Assembly (NCBI GenBank): GCA_036502405.1 | Contig: DASXYP010000022.1 | Span: forward strand, 572-64,571 | Reading direction: 5' to 3' | Source: Acidimicrobiia bacterium | GTDB lineage: Bacteria > Actinomycetota > Acidimicrobiia > IMCC26256 > JAENVU01 | Length of the DNA stretch: 64,000 bases | Shown: piece by piece, positions 1 through 8,877 of the stretch | How the letters are laid out: every line of letters begins with the position of its first letter | Numbering within the stretch: position 1 is the stretch's first letter | Translations under genes and position numbers: made by a program | Notes under the pieces: model-generated | What the model was told of the DNA's origin: nothing | Databases searched by the model: none | Seen by the model: only the letters and a program-made list of their open reading frames with translations

Positions 1-417
1 TCGGTGCGTTCGATCGCGTCCGACATCGGCGTGCGCATCGCCAAGTGGCTCGGCGACGGGGCGATGCTCGTGGCGGTCGAGGGCCCGTCGCTCGTCGCGG
101 CGGTGGTGGAGCTCCAGGAGCGCTTTGCGGACGACGGCATGCTGCCGGTGCGGGCCGGCCTCGCGTGGGGGCGGGTGATCCTCTTCGAGGGCGACGACTA
201 CACGGGTGGTGCCGTGAACCTCGCGTCGCGGCTGTGCGATCTCGCGCAGCCATTCGAGGTGCTCGGCACGGCCGAGGTTGCGCACGAGCTCCCGCCCGGA
301 GTCGCGGCGCACCCGGTCGGCCCGAAGCCGATCCCGGGCTTCGGCGCACCGATCGCGGTCGTCCGGTTGACGAAGATCCCGCGTCCCGATCCGATGGCCG
401 ACGCGCTGCTCGACTGA
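1..417 (+). CDS. class III adenylate/guanylate cyclase catalytic domain protein (C-terminal part; gene truncated by window start)
   Basis: Frame 1 is open from base 1 to the stop at 415-417. The translation contains KWLGDGAMLV and GDDYTGGAVNLASRL, which resemble class III nucleotidyl cyclase catalytic motifs. Confidence 0.6.
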   Translation, partial: SVRSIASDIGVRIAKWLGDGAMLVAVEGPSLVAAVVELQERFADDGMLPVRAGLAWGRVILFEGDDYTGGAVNLASRLCDLAQPFEVLGTAEVAHELPPGVAAHPVGPKPIPGFGAPIAVVRLTKIPRPDPMADALLD

Positions 418-452
418 CCGACGCGCCCCGCGTGATGCGGCGGTAGCCTTCG

Positions 453-1265
453 GTGGTGAACACGCTTCGGCTCGAACGCGACGGCCACGTCGGGCGGCTG
501 GTGCTCGCACGACCCGAGAAGCTCAACAGCTTCACGGGCGAGATGTGGGACGAGCTGCGCACCCTCGGTCAGCAGCTGCTCGCCGATCCCGGCGACCTCC
601 GGGCCTTGATCGTCATCGGGGAGGGTCGCGCGTTCTCGAGCGGCATCGACACGTCGGTGTTCACGACCGGCGCCGGCATCCCGGTGCCCGATCCGGGCGC
701 ACGCGACGAAGACCCGGCGGTCGATCTGGTGATGCGCACGCAGGAGGCGTTCTCGTGGCTCGAGACCGTTCCCTTCGCCACGATCGCCGCAGTGCGCGGC
801 TTCGCGTTGGGCGCCGGTCTGCAGATCGCGCTGGCGTGCGACCTGCGCATCTTCGCCCGCGGGACGAGCGCCGGGCTGCTCGAGCTGAAGTACGGGATCA
901 TGCCCGACCTCGGGGGCACGCAGCGGCTGCCGCGCCTCGTCGGGCCCGGCAAGGCCAAGGAGCTCATCTTCACCTCGGCGCGCATCGACGCCGAGGAGGC
1001 GTACCGGATCGGCCTGTGTGAGCAGCTGGTCTCCGAGGAGGAGCTCGAGGAGGCGGCCGAGGCGCTCGCCGTCACGATTGCCGCGCAACCTCCGTTGGCG
1101 GTCAAGGGCGCGAAGCGCGCGGTCAACGCCGCGTTCGACGAGCGGACGGTCGACGGTCTGCGGATCGAGGCCGAAGGGCAGGCGGTCTGCCTCCCGAGCG
1201 ACGACATGAAGGAAGCGATCGCGGCATTCGTCGAGCAGCGCCCGCCGGTGTACCGCAACCGGTAG
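453..1265 (+). CDS. enoyl-CoA hydratase/isomerase (crotonase) family protein
   Basis: 270-aa ORF with crotonase-fold signatures (FSSGID, AAVRGFALGAGLQIALACDLRI). TAGCCT at 444-449 suggests a leaderless start at GTG 453 or 456. Confidence 0.85.
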   Translation: MVNTLRLERDGHVGRLVLARPEKLNSFTGEMWDELRTLGQQLLADPGDLRALIVIGEGRAFSSGIDTSVFTTGAGIPVPDPGARDEDPAVDLVMRTQEAFSWLETVPFATIAAVRGFALGAGLQIALACDLRIFARGTSAGLLELKYGIMPDLGGTQRLPRLVGPGKAKELIFTSARIDAEEAYRIGLCEQLVSEEELEEAAEALAVTIAAQPPLAVKGAKRAVNAAFDERTVDGLRIEAEGQAVCLPSDDMKEAIAAFVEQRPPVYRNR

Positions 1266-1334
1266 CCACGTCATCTGAAGGTCTGCCGCTTGATGCCCCC
1301 GGCGGGCGCGCCGCGCCGCTAGCCTTGCTGCCCG

Positions 1335-2588
1335 ATGGATGCCGTCGCTGTACGGCCGGGACCGCCGTTGTCGGGCGCGATCAAGATCTCCGGTGCTACG
1401 AAGAACTCGGGGCTGAAGCAGCTCGCCGCCGCGTTGCTCGCACCGGGCGTCACCGTCGTCCGCAACCTCCCCCCGGTCGCCGATCTCGAGGTCATGATCG
1501 CCGTGCTGCGCGCGGTCGGTGCCGACGTCGCGTGGGCGGGTCCCGAAGAGCTCCACATCGACACCTCGGGCCGGCTCACCCCGGAGGCGCCCTACGACCT
1601 CGTCAGCCGCATGCGCGCCTCCATCAACGTGCTCGGACCGCTGCTCGCGCGCTGCGGCGAAGCGCGCGTCGCGCTGCCGGGCGGCGACAACATCGGGAGC
1701 CGCAAGCTCGACATGCACTTCCGCGGCCTCACCGCGATGGGCGCCGAGCTCGAAGTCACCCACGGGTTCGTGGAGGCGCGCTGCAACAAGCTCAAGGGCG
1801 CGGCGATCGTGCTCGACTTCCCGAGCGTCGGCGCGACGGAGAACCTTCTGACCGCAGCGGTGCTCGCGAAGGGCGAGACTGTCATCGAGAACGCGGCGCG
1901 CGAGCCGGAGATCCGCGACCTCACCGCGTTCCTCAACCGCATGGGCGCGCACATCCTCGGCTCGGGGACGAGCACGATCCGCATCGAAGGGGTCGAGGAG
2001 CTCGTCCCGTGCGAGACCGAGATCATGGGCGACCGCATCGAGGCAGGCACGTTCCTGATGGCGTGCGGGATCGCCGGGGGCGAGATCGAGCTGGAGGGCG
2101 TGCGCCTCGAGCACCTCGAGATGGTGGTGATGAAGCTCGGCGAGATGGGCATGCGCGTCTCGCCGACCCCGGACGGCATCTGGGCGTCGGCGACGGACCG
2201 GCTCACCGCGGTCGACATCGCGACGCTGCCGTATCCCGGCTTCGCCACCGACTTCATGCCGATGGCGATTGCGCTGCTCGCCGTCAGCGAGGGCACGTCG
2301 ATCGTGACCGAGAACGTCTTCGACAACCGGTTCTCGTTCGTGGACGAGCTCGTCCGCATGGGCGCCGACGTGCGCACCGAGGGCCGCTACGCCGTGGTCC
2401 GCGGCGTTCCCCGCCTGTCCGGTGCTCCGGTCCGGGCGCTCGACGTGCGGGCGGGCGCCGCGCTGGCGCTCGCCGGGCTCCAGGCCGAGGGGAGCACGGT
2501 GGTGCACGAGTGGCACCACGTGGACCGCGCGTACCCGGACTTCGTCGGCGCGCTGTCGGCGCTCGGCGCCGACATCCACCGCATCTGA
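1335..2588 (+). CDS. murA: UDP-N-acetylglucosamine 1-carboxyvinyltransferase
   Basis: 417-aa ORF with a MurA-like N-terminus ([19 protein letters not shown]) and full-length similarity to the EPSP/MurA fold. Confidence 0.95.
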   Translation: MDAVAVRPGPPLSGAIKISGATKNSGLKQLAAALLAPGVTVVRNLPPVADLEVMIAVLRAVGADVAWAGPEELHIDTSGRLTPEAPYDLVSRMRASINVLGPLLARCGEARVALPGGDNIGSRKLDMHFRGLTAMGAELEVTHGFVEARCNKLKGAAIVLDFPSVGATENLLTAAVLAKGETVIENAAREPEIRDLTAFLNRMGAHILGSGTSTIRIEGVEELVPCETEIMGDRIEAGTFLMACGIAGGEIELEGVRLEHLEMVVMKLGEMGMRVSPTPDGIWASATDRLTAVDIATLPYPGFATDFMPMAIALLAVSEGTSIVTENVFDNRFSFVDELVRMGADVRTEGRYAVVRGVPRLSGAPVRALDVRAGAALALAGLQAEGSTVVHEWHHVDRAYPDFVGALSALGADIHRI

Positions 2589-2604
2589 CGCGCCGGGCGC
2601 TGCT

Positions 2605-3831
2605 CTAGGGGGAGCTCGGTCGTGCGGCCCCGGGGCGGACGAACGCGTCGGCCACGCCGTTGGTGTCGTGGTCGACGAGATCGTCGGCCGCGCTGGTGAA
2701 GGCGATCTCGTGGCCGCCGTCCGAGAGCACACCGCCGAGGATGTCGGCGTCGGGCTCACCGCCGGACGTCGAGCTGGCGAACCGCCGCGTGCTGCCGTTC
2801 GCCACGTCGAGCAGGAAGAGGTCGATGCGACTCGCGCTGCCGTCGGAACCGAGGTTCCCGGGTCCGACCATGAGGACGCTGTTGCCGTCGGAGCTGATGC
2901 CCGCGATCCACGCCCGTGCGTCTTGCACGATGAGCCTCGCGGTCGCGGTGGCCCGGTCCACGACGTAGTCGCCGGCCGCGAGGCAGGCCGATCCGCCGAC
3001 GTCCCCCTGGGAGTGCCAGGCCAGGTAGCGGCCGGTCGCGCTGAGCGGCCCGGTCGTGACGAACGCGCAATTCCCGAACGGGAGGACCGGCCACCCGGCT
3101 CCGCTGCCGTCGGTGTCGATGAGCACCGGCGCCGGTGTGCAGCCGTGCGTGCAGCCGATCGACAACGCGAAGTGCTGGAGGTCCTTCGACGCCGCGTAGG
3201 AGTTGTAGGTGTTGGTGCTCAGCGTCTTCGTCGTCCCGAGCTGCCGGTCGCGCCGGTAGAGCGTCTCGTCGTCGATCGGCGGGAAGGAACCCGGCGAGCT
3301 CCACAGGAACGACACGAAGCGCCCGCCGGTGCTGATCGCGAGGTTGCTCGCGCCACCGTACGTCTGCACGCCGGGCGGCACCTGGCTCGCCCATGTCGTG
3401 GTACCGGCCGTCAGGTCGCGCACGTAGACGTCCGGGACGGCGTTCGTGTCGGCCGGATCGAGCGCCGCCGCGGTCAGGAACGCGACGTACCGGCCGTCGG
3501 AGCTCATCGCCGCGGTGATGACCCCACCCGGGAGCTGGCTACCGTCGTTCGCGACGTCGACGCGCACCGTGGCCCCGGTCTTCGTGTCGTGGCGGAAGAA
3601 GTCCGTGGCGTTGTTCGTGTCGTCCGGCACCAGGTTCGTCGCGTCGGAGGACACGAGCGAGTACCGGCCGTCGTCGGTGACCGACCAGCTGCCCGAAGCC
3701 TGGTTGCCCTCCGACCCGCTGCTCGACACGCTCACGCGGGTGATCGCGCAGCCGGTCGCGACCAGCGCCACGACGCTCGCGCCGGCCAACATCCGAAAGG
3801 AGCCCCTCGTCCTCGCGGTGCGAAGTCGCAT
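2605..3831 (-). CDS. lipoprotein with TolB/PD40-like beta-propeller repeats
   Basis: Signal peptide with lipobox (LVATGC). Repeated DGRY..F.S.A.NLV..DTN...DV[FY]V.D motifs. GAGGGAGG Shine-Dalgarno sequence upstream of the ATG at 3831. Confidence 0.6.
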   Translation of the reverse strand: MRLRTARTRGSFRMLAGASVVALVATGCAITRVSVSSSGSEGNQASGSWSVTDDGRYSLVSSDATNLVPDDTNNATDFFRHDTKTGATVRVDVANDGSQLPGGVITAAMSSDGRYVAFLTAAALDPADTNAVPDVYVRDLTAGTTTWASQVPPGVQTYGGASNLAISTGGRFVSFLWSSPGSFPPIDDETLYRRDRQLGTTKTLSTNTYNSYAASKDLQHFALSIGCTHGCTPAPVLIDTDGSGAGWPVLPFGNCAFVTTGPLSATGRYLAWHSQGDVGGSACLAAGDYVVDRATATARLIVQDARAWIAGISSDGNSVLMVGPGNLGSDGSASRIDLFLLDVANGSTRRFASSTSGGEPDADILGGVLSDGGHEIAFTSAADDLVDHDTNGVADAFVRPGAARPSSP

Positions 3832-3951
3832 GGGCCTGCCTCCCTCGTCGTCTCGTGCCCCGCGACTCTAGAGAGGCCCCCGGGCGAACGGAAGTGTGCG
3901 GGAAGAGCTGGGGTAGGTTGGTGGTTGGACGGCCCAGGAGGTGACCCCCAG

Positions 3952-4188
3952 ATGTCCACCGACACGATGGAGACCGGCATCCTCGAGGCGATCGACGCGA
4001 TCCGGCCCGCCCTGCAGGCCGACGGCGGCGACATCCTCTTCAAGGAGGTCGACGACGGCGGTGTGGTCCACGTCGAGCTCGTGGGTGCCTGCGGGACCTG
4101 CCCGGTGTCGACCATGACGCTGAAGGCGGGCGTGCAACGGATCATCATGGACCGGGTCCCGGGCGTCACCGAAGTCGTCGCCGACTGA
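3952..4188 (+). CDS. NifU/Nfu-type Fe-S cluster assembly domain protein
   Basis: 78-aa product with ALQADGGDI..V.....V.V.L.GACGTCPVS, typical of the NifU C-terminal domain. AGGAGG lies 10 nt upstream of the ATG. Confidence 0.75.
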   Translation: MSTDTMETGILEAIDAIRPALQADGGDILFKEVDDGGVVHVELVGACGTCPVSTMTLKAGVQRIIMDRVPGVTEVVAD

Positions 4189-4195
4189 CCGACGC

Positions 4196-5140
4196 GTGGC
4201 CAAGGCGATCGATCCGGGGCCGCTCGTCGCGCGGGCCGTCGACGGCGATCGCGCCGCGGTGGCCAAGCTCATCTCGCTGGTCGAGGCGGGCGGGCCGGCC
4301 GCGATCGAAGCGTCCGCGCTGCTCTACCCCGAGACCGGGCACTCGTACACGGTCGGGTTGACCGGCGCCCCGGGCTCGGGGAAGTCCAGCCTCACGAACG
4401 CGCTCATCCGGCGGCTGCGGGCCGAGGGCACCGAGGTCGGCGTGCTCGCGATCGACCCGACCAGCCCGTTCAGCGGGGGCGCCATCCTCGGTGACCGGGT
4501 GCGCATGCAGGACCACGCGATCGACGACGGGGTCTACATCCGGTCGATGGCGACGCGTGGCCACCTCGGCGGGCTCGCGCTCGCGACCCCACTCGCGGCG
4601 CGCGTGCTCGACGCGGCCGGGAAGCCCTGGGTGCTGGTCGAGACCGTCGGCGTGGGCCAGGTCGAGGTCGAGATCGCGGGGAACGCGGACACGACCGTCG
4701 TCGTGGTGAACCCCGGGTGGGGCGACGGGGTGCAGGCGAACAAGGCCGGACTCCTCGAGATCGCCGACCTGTTCGTGGTGAACAAGGCCGACCGTGAGGG
4801 CGTGGCCGAGACCATCCGCGACCTCGAGATGATGCTCGACCTCACCGGCGAGATGGCGTGGCGGCCGAAGGTCGTGCAGGCGGTGGCGACGCGCGGCGAG
4901 GGGATCGATGACCTCTGGGCCGCGATCGGCGAGCACCGCGCCTTCCAGGAGCGCACGGGTCAGCTGGAGCGGCGGCGGGCCGACCGCCTTCGCGACGAGG
5001 TGCGCGACATCGTGGCGGCCCGGCTGCGCGAGCAGGCGAACGCCGCGTGCGCCGGCGACCGGTTCGAGAAGCTCGTCGCGCAGGTCGCGGCGCGCGAGCT
5101 CGACCCGTACGCCGCGGCCGCGGAGCTGCTCGGCACCTGA
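4196..5140 (+). CDS. meaB: methylmalonyl-CoA mutase-associated GTPase (MeaB/ArgK family)
   Basis: P-loop GAPGSGKSS, VGVGQ and NKAD motifs in the order typical of G3E MeaB/ArgK GTPases. Confidence 0.85.
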   Translation: MAKAIDPGPLVARAVDGDRAAVAKLISLVEAGGPAAIEASALLYPETGHSYTVGLTGAPGSGKSSLTNALIRRLRAEGTEVGVLAIDPTSPFSGGAILGDRVRMQDHAIDDGVYIRSMATRGHLGGLALATPLAARVLDAAGKPWVLVETVGVGQVEVEIAGNADTTVVVVNPGWGDGVQANKAGLLEIADLFVVNKADREGVAETIRDLEMMLDLTGEMAWRPKVVQAVATRGEGIDDLWAAIGEHRAFQERTGQLERRRADRLRDEVRDIVAARLREQANAACAGDRFEKLVAQVAARELDPYAAAAELLGT

Positions 5141-5161
5141 CCGCGCCCGCCGGACCTTCGG

Positions 5162-5167
5162 TAAGGT
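5162..5167 (+). promoter_or_regulatory. -10-like hexamer TAAGGT, 7 nt before ATG 5174 (leaderless)
   Basis: Spacing read directly from the sequence. No Shine-Dalgarno sequence is present. Confidence 0.45.
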
Positions 5168-5173
5168 CCGGGC

Positions 5174-5953
5174 ATGACCGACGCGCTCGTCCTGACCGAG
5201 GTCCGCGACGACGGTGTGGCGACGCTGCGCCTCAACCGCCCGCCGATGAACGCGCTCTCGCAGGCGCTCCTGGGCCAGATCGCGGCAGCCGCACTGGACT
5301 TCGTCGCCGACCCCGCGGTGAAGGCCGTCGTCGTCCTGGGCGGCGAGAAGGCCTTCGCCGCGGGCGCCGACATCGCAGAGTTCGGCGACCAGGCGGCCGC
5401 GCGCCAGGTCGGTCGCGCGTTCCGAGCCGCGTTCGACGGGCTCGCCGCGGTGCCGCGGCCCGTCATCGCGGCGATCAACGGCTACGCGCTCGGCGGCGGC
5501 CTCGAGCTCGCGATGAGCTGCGACCTGCGGATCGCGAGCGACAAGGCGCGCGTCGGCCAGCCCGAGATCCTGCTCGGCATCATGCCCGGCGCGGGTGGGA
5601 CCCAGCGGCTGACCCGGCTCGTCGGTCCGGCGAAGGCGAAGGAGCTGGTGTGGAGCGGCCGCCAGGTCCGCAGTGACGAAGCGCTCACGATCGGGCTCGT
5701 CGACCGCGTCGTGCCGGCGGACGACCTCGAAGCCGAGGCGCTTGCGTGGGCGGGCGAGCTCGCGAGCGGCCCGGTCGTCGCCATGGGGCTCGCGAAGCAG
5801 GCGATCGACGACGGTCTCGACGGCTCGCTCGCGCGCGGCCTCGACGTCGAGGCGCAGGCGTTCGTCGAGGTGTTCGCCACCGACGACGCGCGCGCGGGCG
5901 TCGCGAGCTTCCTGGAGCACGGCCCCGGCAAAGCCACCTTCCACGGCCGCTGA
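5174..5953 (+). CDS. enoyl-CoA hydratase/isomerase family protein
   Basis: 259-aa crotonase-fold ORF (AAINGYALGGGLELAMSCDLRIA). TAAGGT at 5162-5167 lies 7 nt before the ATG, suggesting a leaderless transcript. Confidence 0.85.
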   Translation: MTDALVLTEVRDDGVATLRLNRPPMNALSQALLGQIAAAALDFVADPAVKAVVVLGGEKAFAAGADIAEFGDQAAARQVGRAFRAAFDGLAAVPRPVIAAINGYALGGGLELAMSCDLRIASDKARVGQPEILLGIMPGAGGTQRLTRLVGPAKAKELVWSGRQVRSDEALTIGLVDRVVPADDLEAEALAWAGELASGPVVAMGLAKQAIDDGLDGSLARGLDVEAQAFVEVFATDDARAGVASFLEHGPGKATFHGR

Positions 5954-5968
5954 CCCCGAGATCACGGG

Positions 5969-6418
5969 TCAGGATGCGGAGTGTTCCGCCTTGGCCCGGA
6001 GCCGGTGGAGGTTGGCGCGCCAGAGGCGGGTGAACACGCTGCGGCTGGTCTGCTCGCCGACCGGTCCGCCCATCCACCAGGGATAGCGGAGCCGCTCGTC
6101 CCAGCACAGCTCGGTCAACCCGCCGGCGAGGGCGCGCAGCCGGAACCGGCCTTCACCGGTCACGACGCCGCGGTGCTCGATGCCCATCAGCGCCCCCGGC
6201 TCCCACTCGGTCACGGTCATCACATCGGTGGTGGTGAACGGGCCGACGCGGGTCAGGCACTCGAACTCGGTGCCGACCCCCGTGTGCTGCTCGGTCCGGA
6301 ACGTGATCGCGACCGCGTCGGCCATCCACTCGGTGTGCGTCTCGATGTCCTCCATCGCCGCCCACACCGCGTCGGGCGGGACGCCGATCGTCTCGCAGAG
6401 CCGGAGCTCGACGGTCAC
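5969..6418 (-). CDS. SRPBCC (polyketide cyclase/START-like) family protein
   Basis: 149-aa ORF of the size and pattern (W....D...H.EWM) typical of SRPBCC ligand-binding proteins. Confidence 0.55.
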   Translation of the reverse strand: MTVELRLCETIGVPPDAVWAAMEDIETHTEWMADAVAITFRTEQHTGVGTEFECLTRVGPFTTTDVMTVTEWEPGALMGIEHRGVVTGEGRFRLRALAGGLTELCWDERLRYPWWMGGPVGEQTSRSVFTRLWRANLHRLRAKAEHSAS

Positions 6419-6444
6419 GGCGTCACGGCCGCGTCACGACCGCG

Positions 6445-7425
6445 TCACGACGGCGCCGCATCTCGGAGCCGGACCGCGGCGAGCTCGGGCGGGACGACGT
6501 TGACCAGGATCCCCGTCCCCTCCTCGAACCCGGCGACGAGCGTCGTGCGCGGCAGCACGTCGACGTGCCAGTGGAACTCGCCTGCGGGTCGACCGGGGGG
6601 CGCGGTGCGGATGACGAGGTTGTACGGCACGTCGCCGAGCGCGGCCTGCAGCCGGCGGAGGGCGTCGCGGAGCCCCAGCGCCACGACCCGGATCTCCGCA
6701 TCGGTCGCGTCCTCGACCCGGGCTCGGGTCGAGCGGTGCGCCACCCGCAACCCGTAGGGGACCCATGCTGCGAACGGGCTCCACGCGGGTGCGGGCCCGT
6801 CGATGACCACGAGGTCGTCGCGACGGGCGTCGGTGAGCTCGCGCGCGACGAGATCGGTGGTGGCGAGCCGGTCGATCGCCGCGTCGACGGCTCCGGGAAC
6901 GAGGTCGAGCGCGACGACCTGGGCGTGAGGGTGGGCGATCGACGCCCCGGCCGCCTTCCCGTGGTTGATGAACGCCTGGACGTACGCGTGGCCGGCGTCG
7001 AGGTGGACCCGCACCCGCTCGCGGATGACCGTGAGGACCTCGACCGCGGCAGCGTCGTCGAGGCTCGCGAACGAGGCCTCGTGGCCGGGGGAGAGCACGA
7101 TGACCTCGTGCACGCCCCCAATCGGCGTCGCACCGTGTGCGACGCCGAACGCCTTCGCGCCCGTGGGATCGTGCGGCTCGGCGCCCCCGACGATCGGGTA
7201 GAGGTTCGGCACCACGCGCACCCGCCAGCCCTCGGTCCCGGCGGCACCGTCGCCGGTGCGCTGCACCTCCGGCGGCGTCATCTCCTCGCGGCCGGCGCAG
7301 AACGGGCAGTCGTCCGGCTCGGTCCCGGAGGCCGGCGCCGTCGGGAAGACGAACGGTCGCGCCGCCCGCTCGATCGCGACGATGACACTGCGTCCGCTGA
7401 TCGCATCGTGACGGAGCTCGGGCAT
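6445..7425 (-). CDS. galT: galactose-1-phosphate uridylyltransferase (GalT/HIT class)
   Basis: Starts MPELRHDAISGRSV. Has the CPFC zinc motif and the HPHAQV (HxHxQ) active site. The in-frame ATG at 7425 was chosen over the longer ORF start at 7791. Confidence 0.8.
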   Translation of the reverse strand: MPELRHDAISGRSVIVAIERAARPFVFPTAPASGTEPDDCPFCAGREEMTPPEVQRTGDGAAGTEGWRVRVVPNLYPIVGGAEPHDPTGAKAFGVAHGATPIGGVHEVIVLSPGHEASFASLDDAAAVEVLTVIRERVRVHLDAGHAYVQAFINHGKAAGASIAHPHAQVVALDLVPGAVDAAIDRLATTDLVARELTDARRDDLVVIDGPAPAWSPFAAWVPYGLRVAHRSTRARVEDATDAEIRVVALGLRDALRRLQAALGDVPYNLVIRTAPPGRPAGEFHWHVDVLPRTTLVAGFEEGTGILVNVVPPELAAVRLRDAAPS

Positions 7426-7455
7426 CCGAGGGACGTTAGCGAAGCACCGGTCGCG

Positions 7456-7461
7456 TAGCCT
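7456..7461 (+). promoter_or_regulatory. -10-like hexamer TAGCCT, 7 nt before ATG 7468 (leaderless)
   Basis: Spacing read directly from the sequence. No Shine-Dalgarno sequence is present. Confidence 0.45.
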
Positions 7462-7467
7462 GGCCCG

Positions 7468-8826
7468 ATGCCCGTACGCGTCGTGATCATCGGTGGTGGG
7501 CCGGGAGGCAACACCGCGGCCACCGTTGCGGCCACCCTCGGCGCCGAGGTCACGCTCATCGAGCGCGACATCATCGGGGGTGCCGCCCACCTCTGGGACT
7601 GCATCCCGTCGAAGGCGATGATCGCGACCGGCGGCGAGCTGTCGGAGCTCACGCGGGCGCGGTCGATGGGGCTCGAGGCGCATGGCCGTCTCGACGTCGA
7701 CGCGGTGCGCGAGCGCGTGGCGTCGATCGAGACCCATCTCCAGGCGTCGGTGCGGTCGCTGCTCGAATCCCAGGGTGTCCGGCTCATCCACGGGACCGGT
7801 CGCCTCCAGGGCCCGCGCGAGGTCGTCGCCGAGACCGAGTCCGGCCGCGAGGAGCTCGACACGGACTTCGTCATCCTCGCCACCGGGTCACGGCCCCGGG
7901 TGCCGGACTGGGCGCAGATCGACGGCGAGCGGATCCTCACGACGCGCCAGGCCTACCCGCCCCAGGAGATCCCCGAGCACCTGTGCGTGATCGGGTCGGG
8001 CGTCACCGGGGTGGAGTTCACGCACATGTTCAGCGCGCTGGGGTCGAAGGTGTCGCTCGTCGTGTCCCGCCAGCAGGTGCTGCCGCTGAAGGACGCGGAG
8101 GTCGCCGCGGTCCTCGAGGACGAGTTCCTGGCGCGCGGCGTCAAGCTGCTGAAGGGGGCGCGGGCGAAGGCGATCACGCGTGACGGTGACGTCGTCATCG
8201 TCGATTGCGACGACGGGCGGACGGTCAAGGCGTCCCACGTGGTGCTCGCGATCGGCTCCGTGCCGAACCTCGAGCACCTCGGGCTCGCCGAGGCGGGCGT
8301 GGCGGTGGACGAAGGCGGCTACGTCAAGGTGAACCACAACCTGCTGACGTCGGTCGGCAACATCTACGCGGCCGGCGACCTGTCCGGCAAGCTGCCGCTC
8401 TCGTCGGTCGCGGCGATGCAGGGGCGCAAGATCGCCGAGCACCTCATGGGTCTGCACGCCCGGGCGCACCGCCACCTCGACTACGAGAAGGCGTCGTCCG
8501 CGATCTTCACCGAGCCCGAGATCGCGGACGTCGGGCTCGCGGAGGCCGAGGCGTTCGCGTCCGGGCGCAAGATCCGCGTGACCAAGGTGCCGTTCTCGGC
8601 CAACGCGAAGGCGCTCATCAAGGGCGACGCCCGTGGCTTCGTGAAGGTGATCTCGGACCCGGCGACGGGCGTCGTGCTCGGCGGGTCGATCGTGGGCCGC
8701 AACGCGGCCGAGCTCATCTCGGTGATCGCGGTGGCGGTGACCAACGGCCTGAAGGTCGTGGACATCGTCGACTCGCTCCTCGTGCACCCGTCGATGTCCG
8801 AGTCGCTCGCCGAAGCCGCCTGGTAG
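7468..8826 (+). CDS. pyridine nucleotide-disulfide oxidoreductase, LpdA-like NAD(P)H-quinone dehydrogenase
   Basis: GGGPGG FAD motif, a second GSGVTG NAD motif and a dimerisation domain. It has a DCIPSK site with a single Cys instead of the CxxxxC redox pair. Confidence 0.8.
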   Translation: MPVRVVIIGGGPGGNTAATVAATLGAEVTLIERDIIGGAAHLWDCIPSKAMIATGGELSELTRARSMGLEAHGRLDVDAVRERVASIETHLQASVRSLLESQGVRLIHGTGRLQGPREVVAETESGREELDTDFVILATGSRPRVPDWAQIDGERILTTRQAYPPQEIPEHLCVIGSGVTGVEFTHMFSALGSKVSLVVSRQQVLPLKDAEVAAVLEDEFLARGVKLLKGARAKAITRDGDVVIVDCDDGRTVKASHVVLAIGSVPNLEHLGLAEAGVAVDEGGYVKVNHNLLTSVGNIYAAGDLSGKLPLSSVAAMQGRKIAEHLMGLHARAHRHLDYEKASSAIFTEPEIADVGLAEAEAFASGRKIRVTKVPFSANAKALIKGDARGFVKVISDPATGVVLGGSIVGRNAAELISVIAVAVTNGLKVVDIVDSLLVHPSMSESLAEAAW

Positions 8827-8877
8827 GAGCGGTTCGCGCGAAGTACGTTGCCGGTTCCACGAGGCAGGGGGCTGACC

